The position numbers were made by a program, and so were the translations under genes. Positions 6,168-16,561 of a stretch of DNA of 32,000 nucleotides are shown one piece after another. The stretch is from assembly GCF_051307035.1 (NCBI RefSeq), contig NZ_CP195536.1, positions 2,040,001 to 2,072,000 on the forward strand, read 5' to 3'. The notes under the pieces are model-generated. The model saw nothing but the letters and a program-made list of their open reading frames with translations. It was not told where the DNA came from and searched no databases. The DNA is from Psychrobacter sp. DM4. Its GTDB lineage: Bacteria; Pseudomonadota; Gammaproteobacteria; Pseudomonadales; Moraxellaceae. Numbering within the stretch: the stretch's first letter is position 1; each line of letters begins with the position of its first letter.

Positions 6168-8165
6168 TCAGATCAAACTATTCACCGCATCAACCACAGC
6201 TTCAGTCGTGATACCAAACTCTTTATACAGATCGCTAGCAGGTGCCGACTCGCCATAAGTGGTCATGCCGATGACCTTGCCATCGAGGCCAACGAACTTA
6301 TACCAGTAATCTACGTGCGCGGCTTCTACTGCGACGCGAGCGCGGATATTGGCAGGCAATACAGATTCACGATAATCAACATCTTGCTCCATAAAGATTT
6401 CAGCACATGGCATAGAGACCACACGGACGCCAACGCCATTGCTACTCAAAGTCTCGTATGCTTGCATCGCAAGGCCAACTTCTGAGCCAGTCGCGATAAT
6501 GATAGCGGTTAGCGCGCCTTGCTCTTTCGCTAAGACATAACCCCCTTTAACGATGTTAGCCACTTGCTCAGTATCACGCGCTTGATGTGGCAAGCTTTGA
6601 CGGCTAAAGATGAGCGCAGATGGATTGTTTGCTGATTTAAGTGCTTCTACCCAAGCCGTAGCAGATTCGGTCGTATCACACGGACGCCATGTACGCAAGT
6701 TTGGCGTGGTACGCAAGCTAGTCAATTGCTCAACGGGCTGATGCGTTGGACCATCTTCACCCAGACCGATAGAGTCATGCGTATAGACATGGATGATGCG
6801 CTGCTTCATCAATGCGCCCATGCGTACTGCGTTACGCGCATATTCCATAAACATGAGGAACGTTGCCACGTAAGGGATAAAGCCGCCATGTAGCGCAATA
6901 CCATTGGCAATCGCCGTCATACCGAACTCGCGCACCCCGTAGTAGATGTAGTTACCATCGCTATCGGTATCTAAGCCTTTCGCGCCTTTAAATAGCGTTA
7001 GGTTTGAGCCAGCGAGATCCGCTGAACCGCCCATGAGCTCTGGCAATAATGGCTGCAAAGTATTAATAGCATTTTGGCTGGCTTTACGGCTGGCTACATT
7101 GTCGCCCTGCTCTTGCGTTTGCTGGATATAAGCTTGCGCTTGACTATCAAAATCCGCTGGTAATTCGCCATTTAAGCGACGTAGTAGCTCGCTTGCGAGT
7201 TCTGGATAAGCTTTTTTATACGCTGCAAAATTAGCATCCCAATTCTTTTGCATGACATCGCCTTTGGCTTTGCCATCCCATGCTTCGTAGATTTCATCAT
7301 CTAACTCAAACGGTGCGTGTTTCCATGACAGCGCATCGCGAGTCAAAACGATTTCATCATCCCCAAGTGGCGCACCATGGCTAGCCGCTAGACCTTGCTT
7401 GTTCGGACTACCCGCGCCGATAGTGGTTTTGCAAATAATGAGACTTGGTTTGGTAGTTTCTTTGATGGCTTGCTCAGTCGCTTGCGTAATCGCATCAGTA
7501 TCATGACCGTCAACTTTGATGACTTGCCAGCCATAGGCTTCAAAGCGCATTTGTGTATCATCAGTGAACCACCCCTCAACATTACCATCGATAGAGATAC
7601 CGTTATCATCATAGTAGAACACTAGCTTGCCGAGCGCTAGCGTGCCCGCTAATGAGCACACTTCATGGCTGATACCTTCCATCAAGCAGCCATCGCCTAA
7701 GAATGCATAGGTATGATGATCGACGATATTATGACCGTCACGGTTGAACTGCGCAGCTAGTGTCTTCTCCGCAATAGCAAAGCCTACCGCATTAGCAATA
7801 CCTTGCCCTAGTGGACCTGTCGTGGTCTCAATACCTGGCGTATAGCCAAGCTCTGGATGACCTGGGGTCTTTGAATGCAATTGACGAAAGCCTTTTAGAT
7901 CATCAACGCTGACGTCGTAGCCTGATAAATGCAGCAGTGAGTAAATGAGCATCGAGCCATGACCATTTGATAATACAAAGCGGTCACGATTGTGCCAGCT
8001 TGGATCAGCAGGATTGTGCTTTAAAAATTTGCGCCATAATACTTCGGCGATATCCGCCATACCCATTGGTGCGCCTGGATGCCCAGAGTTGGCTTTTTGT
8101 ACTGCGTCAAACGACAACACTCGTATGGCATTGGCAAGTTTACGTTCGTTAATGGGAGTGGGCAT
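6168..8165 (-). CDS. tkt: Transketolase
   Basis: [18 protein letters not shown] and [12 protein letters not shown] are the TPP-binding motifs, and the protein is full length at about 665 aa. The start is the ATG at 8165 ([15 protein letters not shown]). The track start at 8270 runs through a hairpin and adds 35 hydrophobic residues. Confidence 0.95.
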   Translation of the reverse strand: MPTPINERKLANAIRVLSFDAVQKANSGHPGAPMGMADIAEVLWRKFLKHNPADPSWHNRDRFVLSNGHGSMLIYSLLHLSGYDVSVDDLKGFRQLHSKTPGHPELGYTPGIETTTGPLGQGIANAVGFAIAEKTLAAQFNRDGHNIVDHHTYAFLGDGCLMEGISHEVCSLAGTLALGKLVFYYDDNGISIDGNVEGWFTDDTQMRFEAYGWQVIKVDGHDTDAITQATEQAIKETTKPSLIICKTTIGAGSPNKQGLAASHGAPLGDDEIVLTRDALSWKHAPFELDDEIYEAWDGKAKGDVMQKNWDANFAAYKKAYPELASELLRRLNGELPADFDSQAQAYIQQTQEQGDNVASRKASQNAINTLQPLLPELMGGSADLAGSNLTLFKGAKGLDTDSDGNYIYYGVREFGMTAIANGIALHGGFIPYVATFLMFMEYARNAVRMGALMKQRIIHVYTHDSIGLGEDGPTHQPVEQLTSLRTTPNLRTWRPCDTTESATAWVEALKSANNPSALIFSRQSLPHQARDTEQVANIVKGGYVLAKEQGALTAIIIATGSEVGLAMQAYETLSSNGVGVRVVSMPCAEIFMEQDVDYRESVLPANIRARVAVEAAHVDYWYKFVGLDGKVIGMTTYGESAPASDLYKEFGITTEAVVDAVNSLI

Positions 8166-8248
8166 AGCGTGTCCTAATATTCGAATGAGGAGTATGGAGG
8201 ATAAGAGGGAAACAAATAAAAATAAGCTATAAATTTTAGACGCAATGT

Positions 8249-8285
8249 TAACATAATACGCATAAGCCACGCCAAAAAATGACGT
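8249..8285 (-). terminator. Hairpin between serS and tkt (probable serS terminator)
   Basis: cgcataagccacg (8249-8261) pairs perfectly with cgtggcttatgcg (8273-8285) for 13 bp. The U-rich tail is better on the + side (tttgtattt), so the orientation is uncertain. Confidence 0.5.
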
Positions 8286-8361
8286 GGCTTATGCGTTTGT
8301 ATTTAATAATGACTCATATTGATTTTGCTAACTGTCTTTGGGTTTGTATGCTGGGTAGTAC

Positions 8362-9648
8362 TTAAGCCGATATAACCTCAGCCCCGCCCATAAACAGACG
8401 CAGCACTTCTGGAATCGTAATAGTGCCATCAGCGTTTTGATGATTTTCCATGACGGCGAGCAGCGTGCGACCGACTGCCAAACCCGAACCATTTAAAGTA
8501 TGCGCCAAACTGGTCTGCTTGCCATCTTTGACGCGCGTGCCCATACGGCGTGCTTGGAAGTCACCGCAGTTAGAGCAGCTAGAGATTTCGCGATAGGTCT
8601 CTTGGCTCGGTAACCAGACTTCGATGTCATAGGTCTTTTGTGCGCTAAAACCCATATCGCCTGTACACAACCGAACGGTACGGTATGGTAAATTAAGCTG
8701 CTGCAAGATATCTTCTGCTTGTCCTGTCATCGCCTCTAGTAGCTCATCGGATTGATCGCTCGTCGTGATATTGACCATCTCGACCTTTTCAAACTGATGC
8801 TGACGAATCAGACCGCGAGTGTCACGACCGTGTGAACCTGCTTCACTACGAAAACATGGCGTATGCGCGGTGAACTTAAGCGGCAGCTCCTTGATATCCA
8901 AACGCTCACCGCGTACCAAATTAGTCATTGGCACCTCAGCGGTTGGAATCAGATAAAAGTCGGTGTCATCGTTGTTGGTGTGATTGGTAAGCTTGAATAG
9001 ATCATCTTTAAACTTTGGCAGCTGACCGGTACCCATCAAGCTCTCACTATTGACGATATAAGGCACATACGTCTCAGTATAGCCATATTTTATCGTATGG
9101 GTGTTGAGCATGAACTGAATTAAGGCGCGATGCATCTGTGCCAGCTGACCTGTGAGCACACTAAACCGACTGCCAGTAATCCTAGTTGCAGCTTCAAAAT
9201 CGAGCATACCAAGTGTTTCACCGATATAGGTATGATCTTGTATCTCAAAGTCAAAGGCGCGAGGCGTACCCCATCGGCGCACTTCGACATTGTCATCTTC
9301 TGACGCACCGACTGGCACGTCTGGCGCTGGGATATTTGGTATTTGTAGAGCCGCTTGAGTGATGCGTTCTTGTAAAGTGCGTAGCTCGTCCTCTGCGGTC
9401 TTGATCTCACCGCTGACACTTTGCATCTGGGCAAGTAATTCGCTAGCGTCTTCGCCTGATTTTTTTAGCGTGCCCACTTGCTTGGCACCAGCATTACGGC
9501 GCGATTGCAACTCTTCTGTCTTGACCTGTAGTAATTTACGCTCGCTTTCAATAGCTTGCCAGAATTCTATATCGAGCGCATAACCACGCGTGGTCAACTG
9601 CTGTTGTAAGTCGCTTAAATCACCGCGTAAGAGTTTTGGATCTATCAT
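8362..9648 (-). CDS. serS: Seryl-tRNA synthetase
   Basis: It starts [11 protein letters not shown], has an N-terminal coiled-coil arm, and carries class II motif 2 [28 protein letters not shown]. The start is the ATG at 9648, and the track start at 9747 is over-extended. Confidence 0.95.
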   Translation of the reverse strand: MIDPKLLRGDLSDLQQQLTTRGYALDIEFWQAIESERKLLQVKTEELQSRRNAGAKQVGTLKKSGEDASELLAQMQSVSGEIKTAEDELRTLQERITQAALQIPNIPAPDVPVGASEDDNVEVRRWGTPRAFDFEIQDHTYIGETLGMLDFEAATRITGSRFSVLTGQLAQMHRALIQFMLNTHTIKYGYTETYVPYIVNSESLMGTGQLPKFKDDLFKLTNHTNNDDTDFYLIPTAEVPMTNLVRGERLDIKELPLKFTAHTPCFRSEAGSHGRDTRGLIRQHQFEKVEMVNITTSDQSDELLEAMTGQAEDILQQLNLPYRTVRLCTGDMGFSAQKTYDIEVWLPSQETYREISSCSNCGDFQARRMGTRVKDGKQTSLAHTLNGSGLAVGRTLLAVMENHQNADGTITIPEVLRLFMGGAEVISA

Positions 9649-9941
9649 AATAAGTGCCTGTACCGCTAAAGAGGATAAAAGAGTGACGCTACGTAGGTGT
9701 ACCCTAAGACAGAGGCTATGATACCAAGACCTAGCTGATTTGACCACGGTTTCGGCTATCGTTTTGGGTCATTGATGGCTTGTCTATTTCTTTTGGGAGC
9801 GCTTTTCGGTAAGATAAGCGCATATCTTCACGCCCCTCTTAGCCAAGCATCATCGAAACTGGTGGTATTATCTACTCTGTTGACGCTTTGCTCTAATGAC
9901 TTAAACCTGACGCTTTTACTATAAGTATTTGAGAAACTTTT

Positions 9942-10601
9942 ATGGCCTTGTACCCCTATACGCTACAACCTATCGCCTTGAACATGACCGAGGCTGAATT
10001 CCATGAAGCCCAGTACGAGCTATTTGCTAGTGCTAGCCCCTCTTTTGGTCTCTCAAGTTTTAAGACAAAAGAATGGATCATCATGGCGGTGGTAGTGATA
10101 TTAGCACTGGCAGGACTGGTGTTCTTAACAGGCTATTCGACGATTATCTTTTGGCTTATGTTGGTATCAGTTGTCATCTATATGCTAGTGCGTACGCTTG
10201 GCTTTAAGTGGTACGTCAAAAAGCAGTTTGACAAACAAGTTGCCGAACAAGAAATGCCAGATGAGATGCGTCAGATGAAGCTTGGCGTACAAAAGCATGG
10301 CTTAGTTATGGCAATGCCCGTCAATCAGCCTGATCTGATGCAAAATCCGCAGATGCGTGGTATGCAGATGCGTGCAGGTTCTACCCAGCAAGCAGTGATT
10401 CCGTGGAGCGCTATCAAAAGCTGGGATGAGACGGATGACTATCTCATTATGATGTTTGAGGTAAAGGGTCAACAAGGAAGCCAAATTATACCTAAGCGTC
10501 TGAAGGCACAGAAGTTCCCTATCGATACCGTACGCCAGCATTTGACAGAAGTCGTTCCTATTCGTGGTTTGCAAACTGAGAACATACAACCGCCGAAATA
10601 A
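9942..10601 (+). CDS. YcxB-like membrane protein (two TM helices)
   Basis: Two adjacent hydrophobic helices (IIMAVVVILALAGLVFL, IIFWLMLVSVVIYMLV) are followed by a C-terminal WSAIKSWDETDDYLIMMFEV...IIPKR pattern typical of the YcxB family. Confidence 0.6.
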   Translation: MALYPYTLQPIALNMTEAEFHEAQYELFASASPSFGLSSFKTKEWIIMAVVVILALAGLVFLTGYSTIIFWLMLVSVVIYMLVRTLGFKWYVKKQFDKQVAEQEMPDEMRQMKLGVQKHGLVMAMPVNQPDLMQNPQMRGMQMRAGSTQQAVIPWSAIKSWDETDDYLIMMFEVKGQQGSQIIPKRLKAQKFPIDTVRQHLTEVVPIRGLQTENIQPPK

Positions 10602-10776
10602 ACAGCGTGTTCTCACAATTGATATAAGATGATCGTTTTGCAAAACATATCGTCTACGTGAGTTTATTTAATTTAACTTATCGATATTTACTTGTTATAG
10701 TAGTGGTCACTAAGAAGTCAATTGAATATCTCTCGAGTGCACACATGAACCCACACTCAACTACAAGGGTAATATT

Positions 10777-11265
10777 ATGAGTAACACGAATAGTAGCACC
10801 AATCAGATCGGTCTAGAAAAAGCAGATATGAGCGAAGTGATTGCCAAATTAAATAGCTTGTTATCTAGTTATCATATGTTCTATATCAATGTCCGTGGTT
10901 ATCATTGGAACGTCAAAGGCGAGCACTTCTTTACTTTGCATCCCCAGTTCGAAGAGCTGTATACAAATCTACAGGTCGAGATTGATGAAATCGCTGAACG
11001 TATCTTAACGCTAGGGGGTACGCCGTTGCATGCCTACAGCGACTTTGCTCAGCACACTAGTATCTCTGAAGATAAAAATGTCAAAGACGGCAATACTTGT
11101 GTAAAGGGTGTGGTATTAGGTTTACAAACGCTTATTGAAGAGCAGCGTGACGTATCAGCACTAGCCGCTCAAGCTGATGACCAAGGTTCAGCTGACCTAG
11201 TTGACGAGTACGTACAACAGCAAGAAAAGCTAATTTGGATGTACAACGCTTTTTTGGCTCAATAA
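10777..11265 (+). CDS. dps: Dps family DNA-protection/ferritin-like protein
   Basis: FYINVRGYHWNVKGEHFFTLHPQFEELY...IDEIAERILTLGG matches the ferroxidase-centre region of Dps. Confidence 0.9.
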   Translation: MSNTNSSTNQIGLEKADMSEVIAKLNSLLSSYHMFYINVRGYHWNVKGEHFFTLHPQFEELYTNLQVEIDEIAERILTLGGTPLHAYSDFAQHTSISEDKNVKDGNTCVKGVVLGLQTLIEEQRDVSALAAQADDQGSADLVDEYVQQQEKLIWMYNAFLAQ

Positions 11266-11298
11266 GTCCTTTATACCTAAGAGCTAAATTGTAACTCA

Positions 11299-11330
11299 TA
11301 AAAAAGCACCTAACGTTAGGTGCTTTTTTA
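11299..11330. terminator. Bidirectional terminator (dps / DUF2057 gene)
   Basis: The perfect 20-nt palindrome agcacctaacgttaggtgct is flanked by an A-run upstream and a T-run downstream. Confidence 0.85.
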
Positions 11331-11347
11331 TGTCTAGAGGTTTTCGT

Positions 11348-12106
11348 TTACTGCTGTATCCACTGACGCATTTTTTCACGTTCGCTAGGCGTCGCTTGCA
11401 GCCACACCTGCATAAAGCTATCTAGGGTGTTTGATTGACTTGTATTAGCTACTGGATTAACAGTCGGATTGATGGCTGGAATAGCCGTATATGTCGTCGC
11501 AGCGACTGCGCTTGTATTAGTATTGGCGTTGTTACGGCTCGCCACAACAGGAGCTGAAGACGACTGACCTATCGCAGCTATCGCTCGCTGATTTTGCAAC
11601 TCTGCGTCACCACTACCACCAAAGACGCCGCCCAGTGCTTTGCCTATCCCTGAAAACATGCCGCCCTGATTGCCACCCATGCTTTGCTGGCTTGCGACGA
11701 TAGTATTATTTTGTTGTATCGCAAGCGTAGGACGCTCAGCGTATTCTTTTGCAGCTTCATAGTTTTCAGGCTGATTTGGCATAGTCAGACGATACGTTTG
11801 GTTATCGGCTAAATTGGCTGTAATACTGACATTGCCCGAGCGCAGATAGTCGTGCTCATCACGGGGTAATTTATACAGTCGATCGTATTTAGCAGTAACG
11901 GCATGCTGACCTGGCTGTAGTGTGAACGACTTGATAGGTGGCTGAAATATACTCTGCTTAACCTCTTGTCCGTTGATGGCGGTGACCTTGATATTGTCAT
12001 CAACCAGCAACGTAACTTCTGCTTGCGCGAGCATAGGTACTGAGCTTACGCTTATAAGCAAAGTGCCTACCGCTATCTTTTTGAGTGAAGCTGTTGAGAG
12101 AGTCAT
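11348..12106 (-). CDS. DUF2057 (YccT/UPF0319-like) periplasmic protein
   Basis: It has a signal peptide, then LLVDDNIKVTAINGQEV, and a C-terminal LDSFMQVWLQATPSEREKMRQWIQQ resembling the YccT C-terminus. The middle is a low-complexity Gly/Asn/Ala region. Confidence 0.7.
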   Translation of the reverse strand: MTLSTASLKKIAVGTLLISVSSVPMLAQAEVTLLVDDNIKVTAINGQEVKQSIFQPPIKSFTLQPGQHAVTAKYDRLYKLPRDEHDYLRSGNVSITANLADNQTYRLTMPNQPENYEAAKEYAERPTLAIQQNNTIVASQQSMGGNQGGMFSGIGKALGGVFGGSGDAELQNQRAIAAIGQSSSAPVVASRNNANTNTSAVAATTYTAIPAINPTVNPVANTSQSNTLDSFMQVWLQATPSEREKMRQWIQQ

Positions 12107-12207
12107 AATATATCCTATAGAGGTTTTAAAGTATGAGATGCTATCTTTTTAACTTTAATAGCTATTATTACCATAAATAGTATTGCCATAAAATCATAAG
12201 ATCTAAA

Positions 12208-13011
12208 TTAGAAATCTAGCGGCATGGTGTGCTGATCTTGGTGAGCACCGTGATTGTCTGTCTGTGTTTCTTGGTTGATATCAGCAAGTTCGGCAGCTAG
12301 CGTCTGCTCATCGATAGTCCGTAGTGCATCGCTAATAACCGCCTTCGATATGTTGCTACGTCCAAGGTTTGAGAACATAGGCTGTATGTAAACCAAGACC
12401 TCCATCAGCGCACCGATACGATGTGGTCCTTCGCTTAACAAGTGATGTAGTATGCGCTCATCAAATTGCCAGCCTCGGCGACGCAGAATAGATTGTAGTA
12501 GTGCCTGTCGATCCGCGACATTTTGTCCGTCTGGAACTTTAAAGGTTGGTGCTTGTGCTAAACGCGTAAGTAAATCTTTGAGCTCAAACGGCAGCTCGCT
12601 TGCAGGTTTATTGGCTGCAAATAGTAGCTGACGTTGTCCTTCACGGCTACGGTTGATCAGATGAAACAAAGCCTCTTGCCATGGCTTGCTTTGCTCAATT
12701 ACCTCAAGATCATCGATAGCAATAACCTCAAAGTTCTCTAATGAGGATAATACGTTGACATCAGTATGAATTAACTCATTAAGAGACAGACAAATTGCAG
12801 ACTTATCCATTTCGATAAATGATTCACAAATAGCAGAGAGTAGATGCGATTTACCTGTAGCAGGACTACCAAATAGATACAGCTGTCCGATCAGACCGAC
12901 ATGCAACTGCCGTACCGCATCGATAATTGACATCCACCCTGGACCTGAGAAGTCGCTTAGGCTCGCATCGTGCTTGATGTCTAGATTGAGACTTAGCTGT
13001 GATTGGGCCAT
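12208..13011 (-). CDS. hda: DnaA regulatory inactivator Hda
   Basis: It starts QLSLNL, carries the AAA+ Walker A motif LFGSPATGKSHLL, and has IAIDDLE. The size is typical of Hda. Confidence 0.85.
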   Translation of the reverse strand: MAQSQLSLNLDIKHDASLSDFSGPGWMSIIDAVRQLHVGLIGQLYLFGSPATGKSHLLSAICESFIEMDKSAICLSLNELIHTDVNVLSSLENFEVIAIDDLEVIEQSKPWQEALFHLINRSREGQRQLLFAANKPASELPFELKDLLTRLAQAPTFKVPDGQNVADRQALLQSILRRRGWQFDERILHHLLSEGPHRIGALMEVLVYIQPMFSNLGRSNISKAVISDALRTIDEQTLAAELADINQETQTDNHGAHQDQHTMPLDF

Positions 13012-13271
13012 TGATTACCAACTTGAGTTTGCGCTATGTGAAAATGAAAACTTGCGCCAAATGTTTAGTGGTCTTATCCGCTTTAGGCGTCACATCCTTG
13101 TCTGCCATAGATAAATTGGAATACGGTTAGTGATATTTTGACTGTAAGTTTAATCCTTTAACTGACGTCACTAGAGTTTATAAAAGCTACTGCGACTATA
13201 TATACCATATTTGCAAAATGACTGACAAGTCCTTTCACTTTAATAACACTATCTACTGCTACGACGTCAGT

Positions 13272-14396
13272 CTATTTTTTTTCAAATAATTCTAATTGCT
13301 TACGACCTCTATAAAAATCAGTCGTTAGATAATGGCTATAGAGATGACGGAATAAGACATTGAGAACCGCTGATACTGGTAGCGCAATCAGCATACCAAC
13401 AAAGCCCAAGATACTCGCTCCTGCCAATACCGAAAAGATCACCCATAAGGGAGACAGACCGATCTTATCCCCTAATAATAACGGCTGTAGTACGTAACCC
13501 TCGACGGCCTGTCCTACCAAAAACGCACCTGCGATCATAGATAAGTAAAACCAGTCAAACCCAAACTGAAACAGACCTGCGATGATAGCTGCAATAAAAC
13601 CCAAACCAAAACCTAAGTAAGGCACAAAGCTTGCCACGCCAGCTATCATACCAATAGTGAGTCCAAGCTCAAGCCCAATCAGCTGTAGTTGCACCGCATA
13701 TACTATACCCAGGAGTACCATAACGAGCAGCTGTCCCTTTACGAACTCCATAAGCGCACGATCGCACTCTTGAGCGATGCTAATGACCTTTTTACTATAG
13801 GCAGCTGGTATCGCCATCTTCCAGCCATGCAAACGCTTGTCCCAGTTAAACAAAAAGTAAAAGGTCAAAATAGGCACGAGTACAATCAAGCCTGCACTAT
13901 TTACAAAGCTCATGCTTGAAGCAAGAATTTGGCTCATCCAAGTACTGGCATCAGAGATATTATAGTGCGTCTGCATGTACTCGACCAAAGTATCAGAGAA
14001 TCCGTTCACCTCTAAAGCGGGCATAACGATACTGGTATTGACCGTAAACCAGTCTCGCACCGTATCATTGTACCAGCTTAGGATCTTGGGTAGATACTCC
14101 CAAGCAGATTGCAACTGATACCAAAGCGTAGGCACAAGCCACCACAGCAGCACGATCATACTTGTCGTAATCGCAGTGTAGACGACGATAATCGCAATCC
14201 AACGTCTGATATACCTTGATAGCCTTTTGACCAGTGGATTAAACAAATAGGCCAATATAAAGGCGACCAAAAAAGGAATAATCACAGGCGTTAGCAGATA
14301 CAGAAGTATCAATGACACCACAATTATGGTAACTAGGAATAAACGCCGAAAAAAAGGATCTATAGGCTGAGTAATCATTGATCGTAATCCTACCAT
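13272..14396 (-). CDS. AI-2E family transporter (PerM/UPF0118-like permease)
   Basis: It is a polytopic membrane protein of about 370 aa with the family's hydrophobic pattern (GLELGLTIGMIAGVASFVPYLG, LPVSAVL). The start could be 14396 or the ATG at 14378. Confidence 0.8.
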   Translation of the reverse strand: MVGLRSMITQPIDPFFRRLFLVTIIVVSLILLYLLTPVIIPFLVAFILAYLFNPLVKRLSRYIRRWIAIIVVYTAITTSMIVLLWWLVPTLWYQLQSAWEYLPKILSWYNDTVRDWFTVNTSIVMPALEVNGFSDTLVEYMQTHYNISDASTWMSQILASSMSFVNSAGLIVLVPILTFYFLFNWDKRLHGWKMAIPAAYSKKVISIAQECDRALMEFVKGQLLVMVLLGIVYAVQLQLIGLELGLTIGMIAGVASFVPYLGFGLGFIAAIIAGLFQFGFDWFYLSMIAGAFLVGQAVEGYVLQPLLLGDKIGLSPLWVIFSVLAGASILGFVGMLIALPVSAVLNVLFRHLYSHYLTTDFYRGRKQLELFEKK

Positions 14397-14493
14397 TAGG
14401 CTTGTATGAGTGATGACTATTATGAGTGATAATTATGCGTACTTAGAATAATTCAAAAGTTGTGCTTAGCTGATTTAATATCACACATTATTG

Positions 14494-14523
14494 CAGACTC
14501 TGCTAAAAAAGGAGTCTTTTTTT
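14494..14523 (+). terminator. Orphan +-strand terminator-like hairpin in the AI-2E/purM intergenic region
   Basis: agactct (14494-14500) pairs with ggagtct (14510-14516): 7 bp including one G.U, with a 9-nt loop and then 7 T. No + strand gene lies upstream. Confidence 0.4.
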
Positions 14524-14583
14524 GTGTTTTGACACTATATTTAAGGATAATAGCGATCATAAGCCCAAAAGTCGTAAGTTGTT

Positions 14584-14613
14584 TTGCGAGTGCTTGCTAT
14601 TTTTGGGTATAAT
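14584..14613 (+). promoter_or_regulatory. Candidate sigma70 promoter of purMN
   Basis: TTGCGA (14584-14589), an 18-nt spacer, then a perfect TATAAT (14608-14613), about 55 nt upstream of purM. Confidence 0.4.
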
Positions 14614-14669
14614 GCGCGCACTATCCTCAAACTTTTAATCCTAACTTTTACTATCTATTTAACTGTGAG

Positions 14670-15737
14670 ATGACCATGAGTGACAAGACTTCTTTAAGCT
14701 ACAAAGATGCTGGCGTTGATATCGATGCTGGCGATGCGTTGGTTCAGCGAATCAAATCAGTAGCAAAAGCGACCACTCGTCCTGAGGTGGTTGGTGGTCT
14801 TGGCGGCTTTGGTGCACTGTGCCGTATCCCTACCGGTTATACCTCACCACTACTGGTCTCTGGCACTGATGGCGTCGGCACCAAACTCAAGCTCGCTTTA
14901 CAGTTAGACCGTCATGACACTATCGGTATCGATTTGGTCGCTATGTGCGTCAACGATCTGCTTGTGTGCGGCGCAGAGCCTTTGTTCTTTTTAGATTATT
15001 ACGCGACAGGCAAGCTTGATGTCGATGTAGCGGCGACTGTGGTGACTGGTATCGGTGAGGGTTGCACGCTTGCCAACTGCGCGCTTATCGGTGGCGAGAC
15101 TGCTGAGATGCCAGGTATGTATCAAGACGACGATTACGATCTCGCAGGATTCTGTGTCGGCGTTGTCGAAGAGGCGGAGGTTATCACTGGTGAGAACGTC
15201 AGCGAGGGCGATGTGTTAATCGCTCTTGGATCAAGCGGCGCACACTCAAACGGCTACTCACTCGTACGCAAAGTCATTGAAGTGAGCGGTATCGACGTAA
15301 CTACTAGCGATAAGCAACTAGATGGTCAGTGCATTCAAGACGCGCTCATGGCACCGACTCGTATCTATGTCAAAGCGATTAAAGCATTACAAGATACTCT
15401 TGGTAGCTCAGCTCTTCATGCCATGTCACATATCACAGGTGGCGGTTTGACTGATAATTTGCCACGTGTACTGCCAGATGACCTTGCCGCTAGCATAGAT
15501 ACGAGTAGCTGGCAGTTCTCAGAGCTGTTCACTTGGTTACAGACTGAGGGCAATATTGAGCAAAGTGAGATGTATCGCACCTTCAACTGCGGCGTTGGCT
15601 TCGTTATTGTCGTACCAGCAGACAAAGCACAAGCGGCAATCGATACGCTCAATGATGCGGGCGAAACCGCTTGGCAGTTGGGCGAGATGGTTAAGCGTGG
15701 CTCTGACAACAGTGCGGAAGCTGTGGTGTATTGTTAA
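14670..15737 (+). CDS. purM: Phosphoribosylformylglycinamidine cyclo-ligase (AIR synthetase)
   Basis: [19 protein letters not shown]...GGLGGFGAL...DGVGTKLK is near-identical in pattern to enterobacterial PurM. The true start may be the ATG at 14676. Confidence 0.95.
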   Translation: MTMSDKTSLSYKDAGVDIDAGDALVQRIKSVAKATTRPEVVGGLGGFGALCRIPTGYTSPLLVSGTDGVGTKLKLALQLDRHDTIGIDLVAMCVNDLLVCGAEPLFFLDYYATGKLDVDVAATVVTGIGEGCTLANCALIGGETAEMPGMYQDDDYDLAGFCVGVVEEAEVITGENVSEGDVLIALGSSGAHSNGYSLVRKVIEVSGIDVTTSDKQLDGQCIQDALMAPTRIYVKAIKALQDTLGSSALHAMSHITGGGLTDNLPRVLPDDLAASIDTSSWQFSELFTWLQTEGNIEQSEMYRTFNCGVGFVIVVPADKAQAAIDTLNDAGETAWQLGEMVKRGSDNSAEAVVYC

Positions 15738-16438
15738 TGTTAAACGACACTATACAGATAGTGCCAGACGACTCGTCAAAGCCATTGCGCATTGTGGTTT
15801 TGGTGTCAGGCAGTGGTAGCAACTTGCAAGTCCTAATAGATACGATGCAATCAGGTGCATTACCGATTGAGATAGTTGGCGTTATTAGTAACCGCGCGGA
15901 TGCTTATGCTATTACGCGCGCCAAAGACGCTAACATTCCAGTGGCTGTTTTATCGCACATCACCAATGGTAAACGTATGGGTATCAAAACTTTTGAGCGT
16001 CATGCCAGTACCCAACTCGCAGCGTGGCAACCTGACCTCATTGTACTCGCTGGATTTATGCGAGTATTGAGTAGCGATTTTATTAATAATGCACCAGCAC
16101 CGATGATTAACCTGCATCCTTCTTTATTGCCTGCTTACAAAGGTCTGAATACGCATCAGCGCGTCATTCAAGCAGGCGAGCATCATCATGGTTGTAGCAT
16201 ACATCTTGTCACCGCTGAGCTCGATGCAGGTACGGTTTTGACCCAAGCAATGCTAAAAGTTGTTCCAAATGAGACCGCAGATAGCTTAAAAACACGCGTA
16301 CAAAAACTGGAGCATCAACTGCTACCTTGGACGATTTTGCTATTAGCTAAAGGAATACTCGTCATCGAAAATACCTTATCGACGAAATATCATAATTCTC
16401 TACCTACCCTGCCCTTAACACTGTTCATAGATAAATAG
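15737..16438 (+). CDS. purN: Phosphoribosylglycinamide formyltransferase
   Basis: It contains RIVVLVSGSGSNLQ, INLHPSLLPAYKG and the HHHGCSIHLVTAELDAG motif. The ATG at 15737 overlaps the purM stop (TAATG), whereas the track start at 15731 is a TTG. Confidence 0.9.
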   Translation: MLNDTIQIVPDDSSKPLRIVVLVSGSGSNLQVLIDTMQSGALPIEIVGVISNRADAYAITRAKDANIPVAVLSHITNGKRMGIKTFERHASTQLAAWQPDLIVLAGFMRVLSSDFINNAPAPMINLHPSLLPAYKGLNTHQRVIQAGEHHHGCSIHLVTAELDAGTVLTQAMLKVVPNETADSLKTRVQKLEHQLLPWTILLLAKGILVIENTLSTKYHNSLPTLPLTLFIDK

Positions 16439-16478
16439 AAACTGCGCTTATCGCAAAGTAAAGTGTAGATGAATAATC

Positions 16479-16527
16479 AAAAAAAGCACAGTCACTCAAT
16501 ATATGAATGACTGGGCTTTATTTTATC
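16479..16527. terminator. Bidirectional terminator (purN / aldehyde dehydrogenase)
   Basis: agcacagtcactc pairs with gaatgactgggct with two mismatches, one of them a G.U in - sense. It is flanked by aaaaaaa upstream and tttatttt downstream. Confidence 0.6.
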
Positions 16528-16561
16528 TAACCGTAAATCGTTTTAAAACTTAAAAACGGTT

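Noticed and set aside
13067-13075. A DnaA-box-like ttatccgct upstream of hda.
   Set aside because: It has two mismatches to TTATCCACA and occurs only once, which is within chance expectation for a 260-bp AT-rich spacer.
15731-15739. The purM/purN overlap, considered as a possible frameshift or fusion.
   Set aside because: It is the common TAATG stop/start overlap (purM TAA 15735-15737, purN ATG 15737-15739). That arrangement indicates translational coupling, not a disrupted gene.
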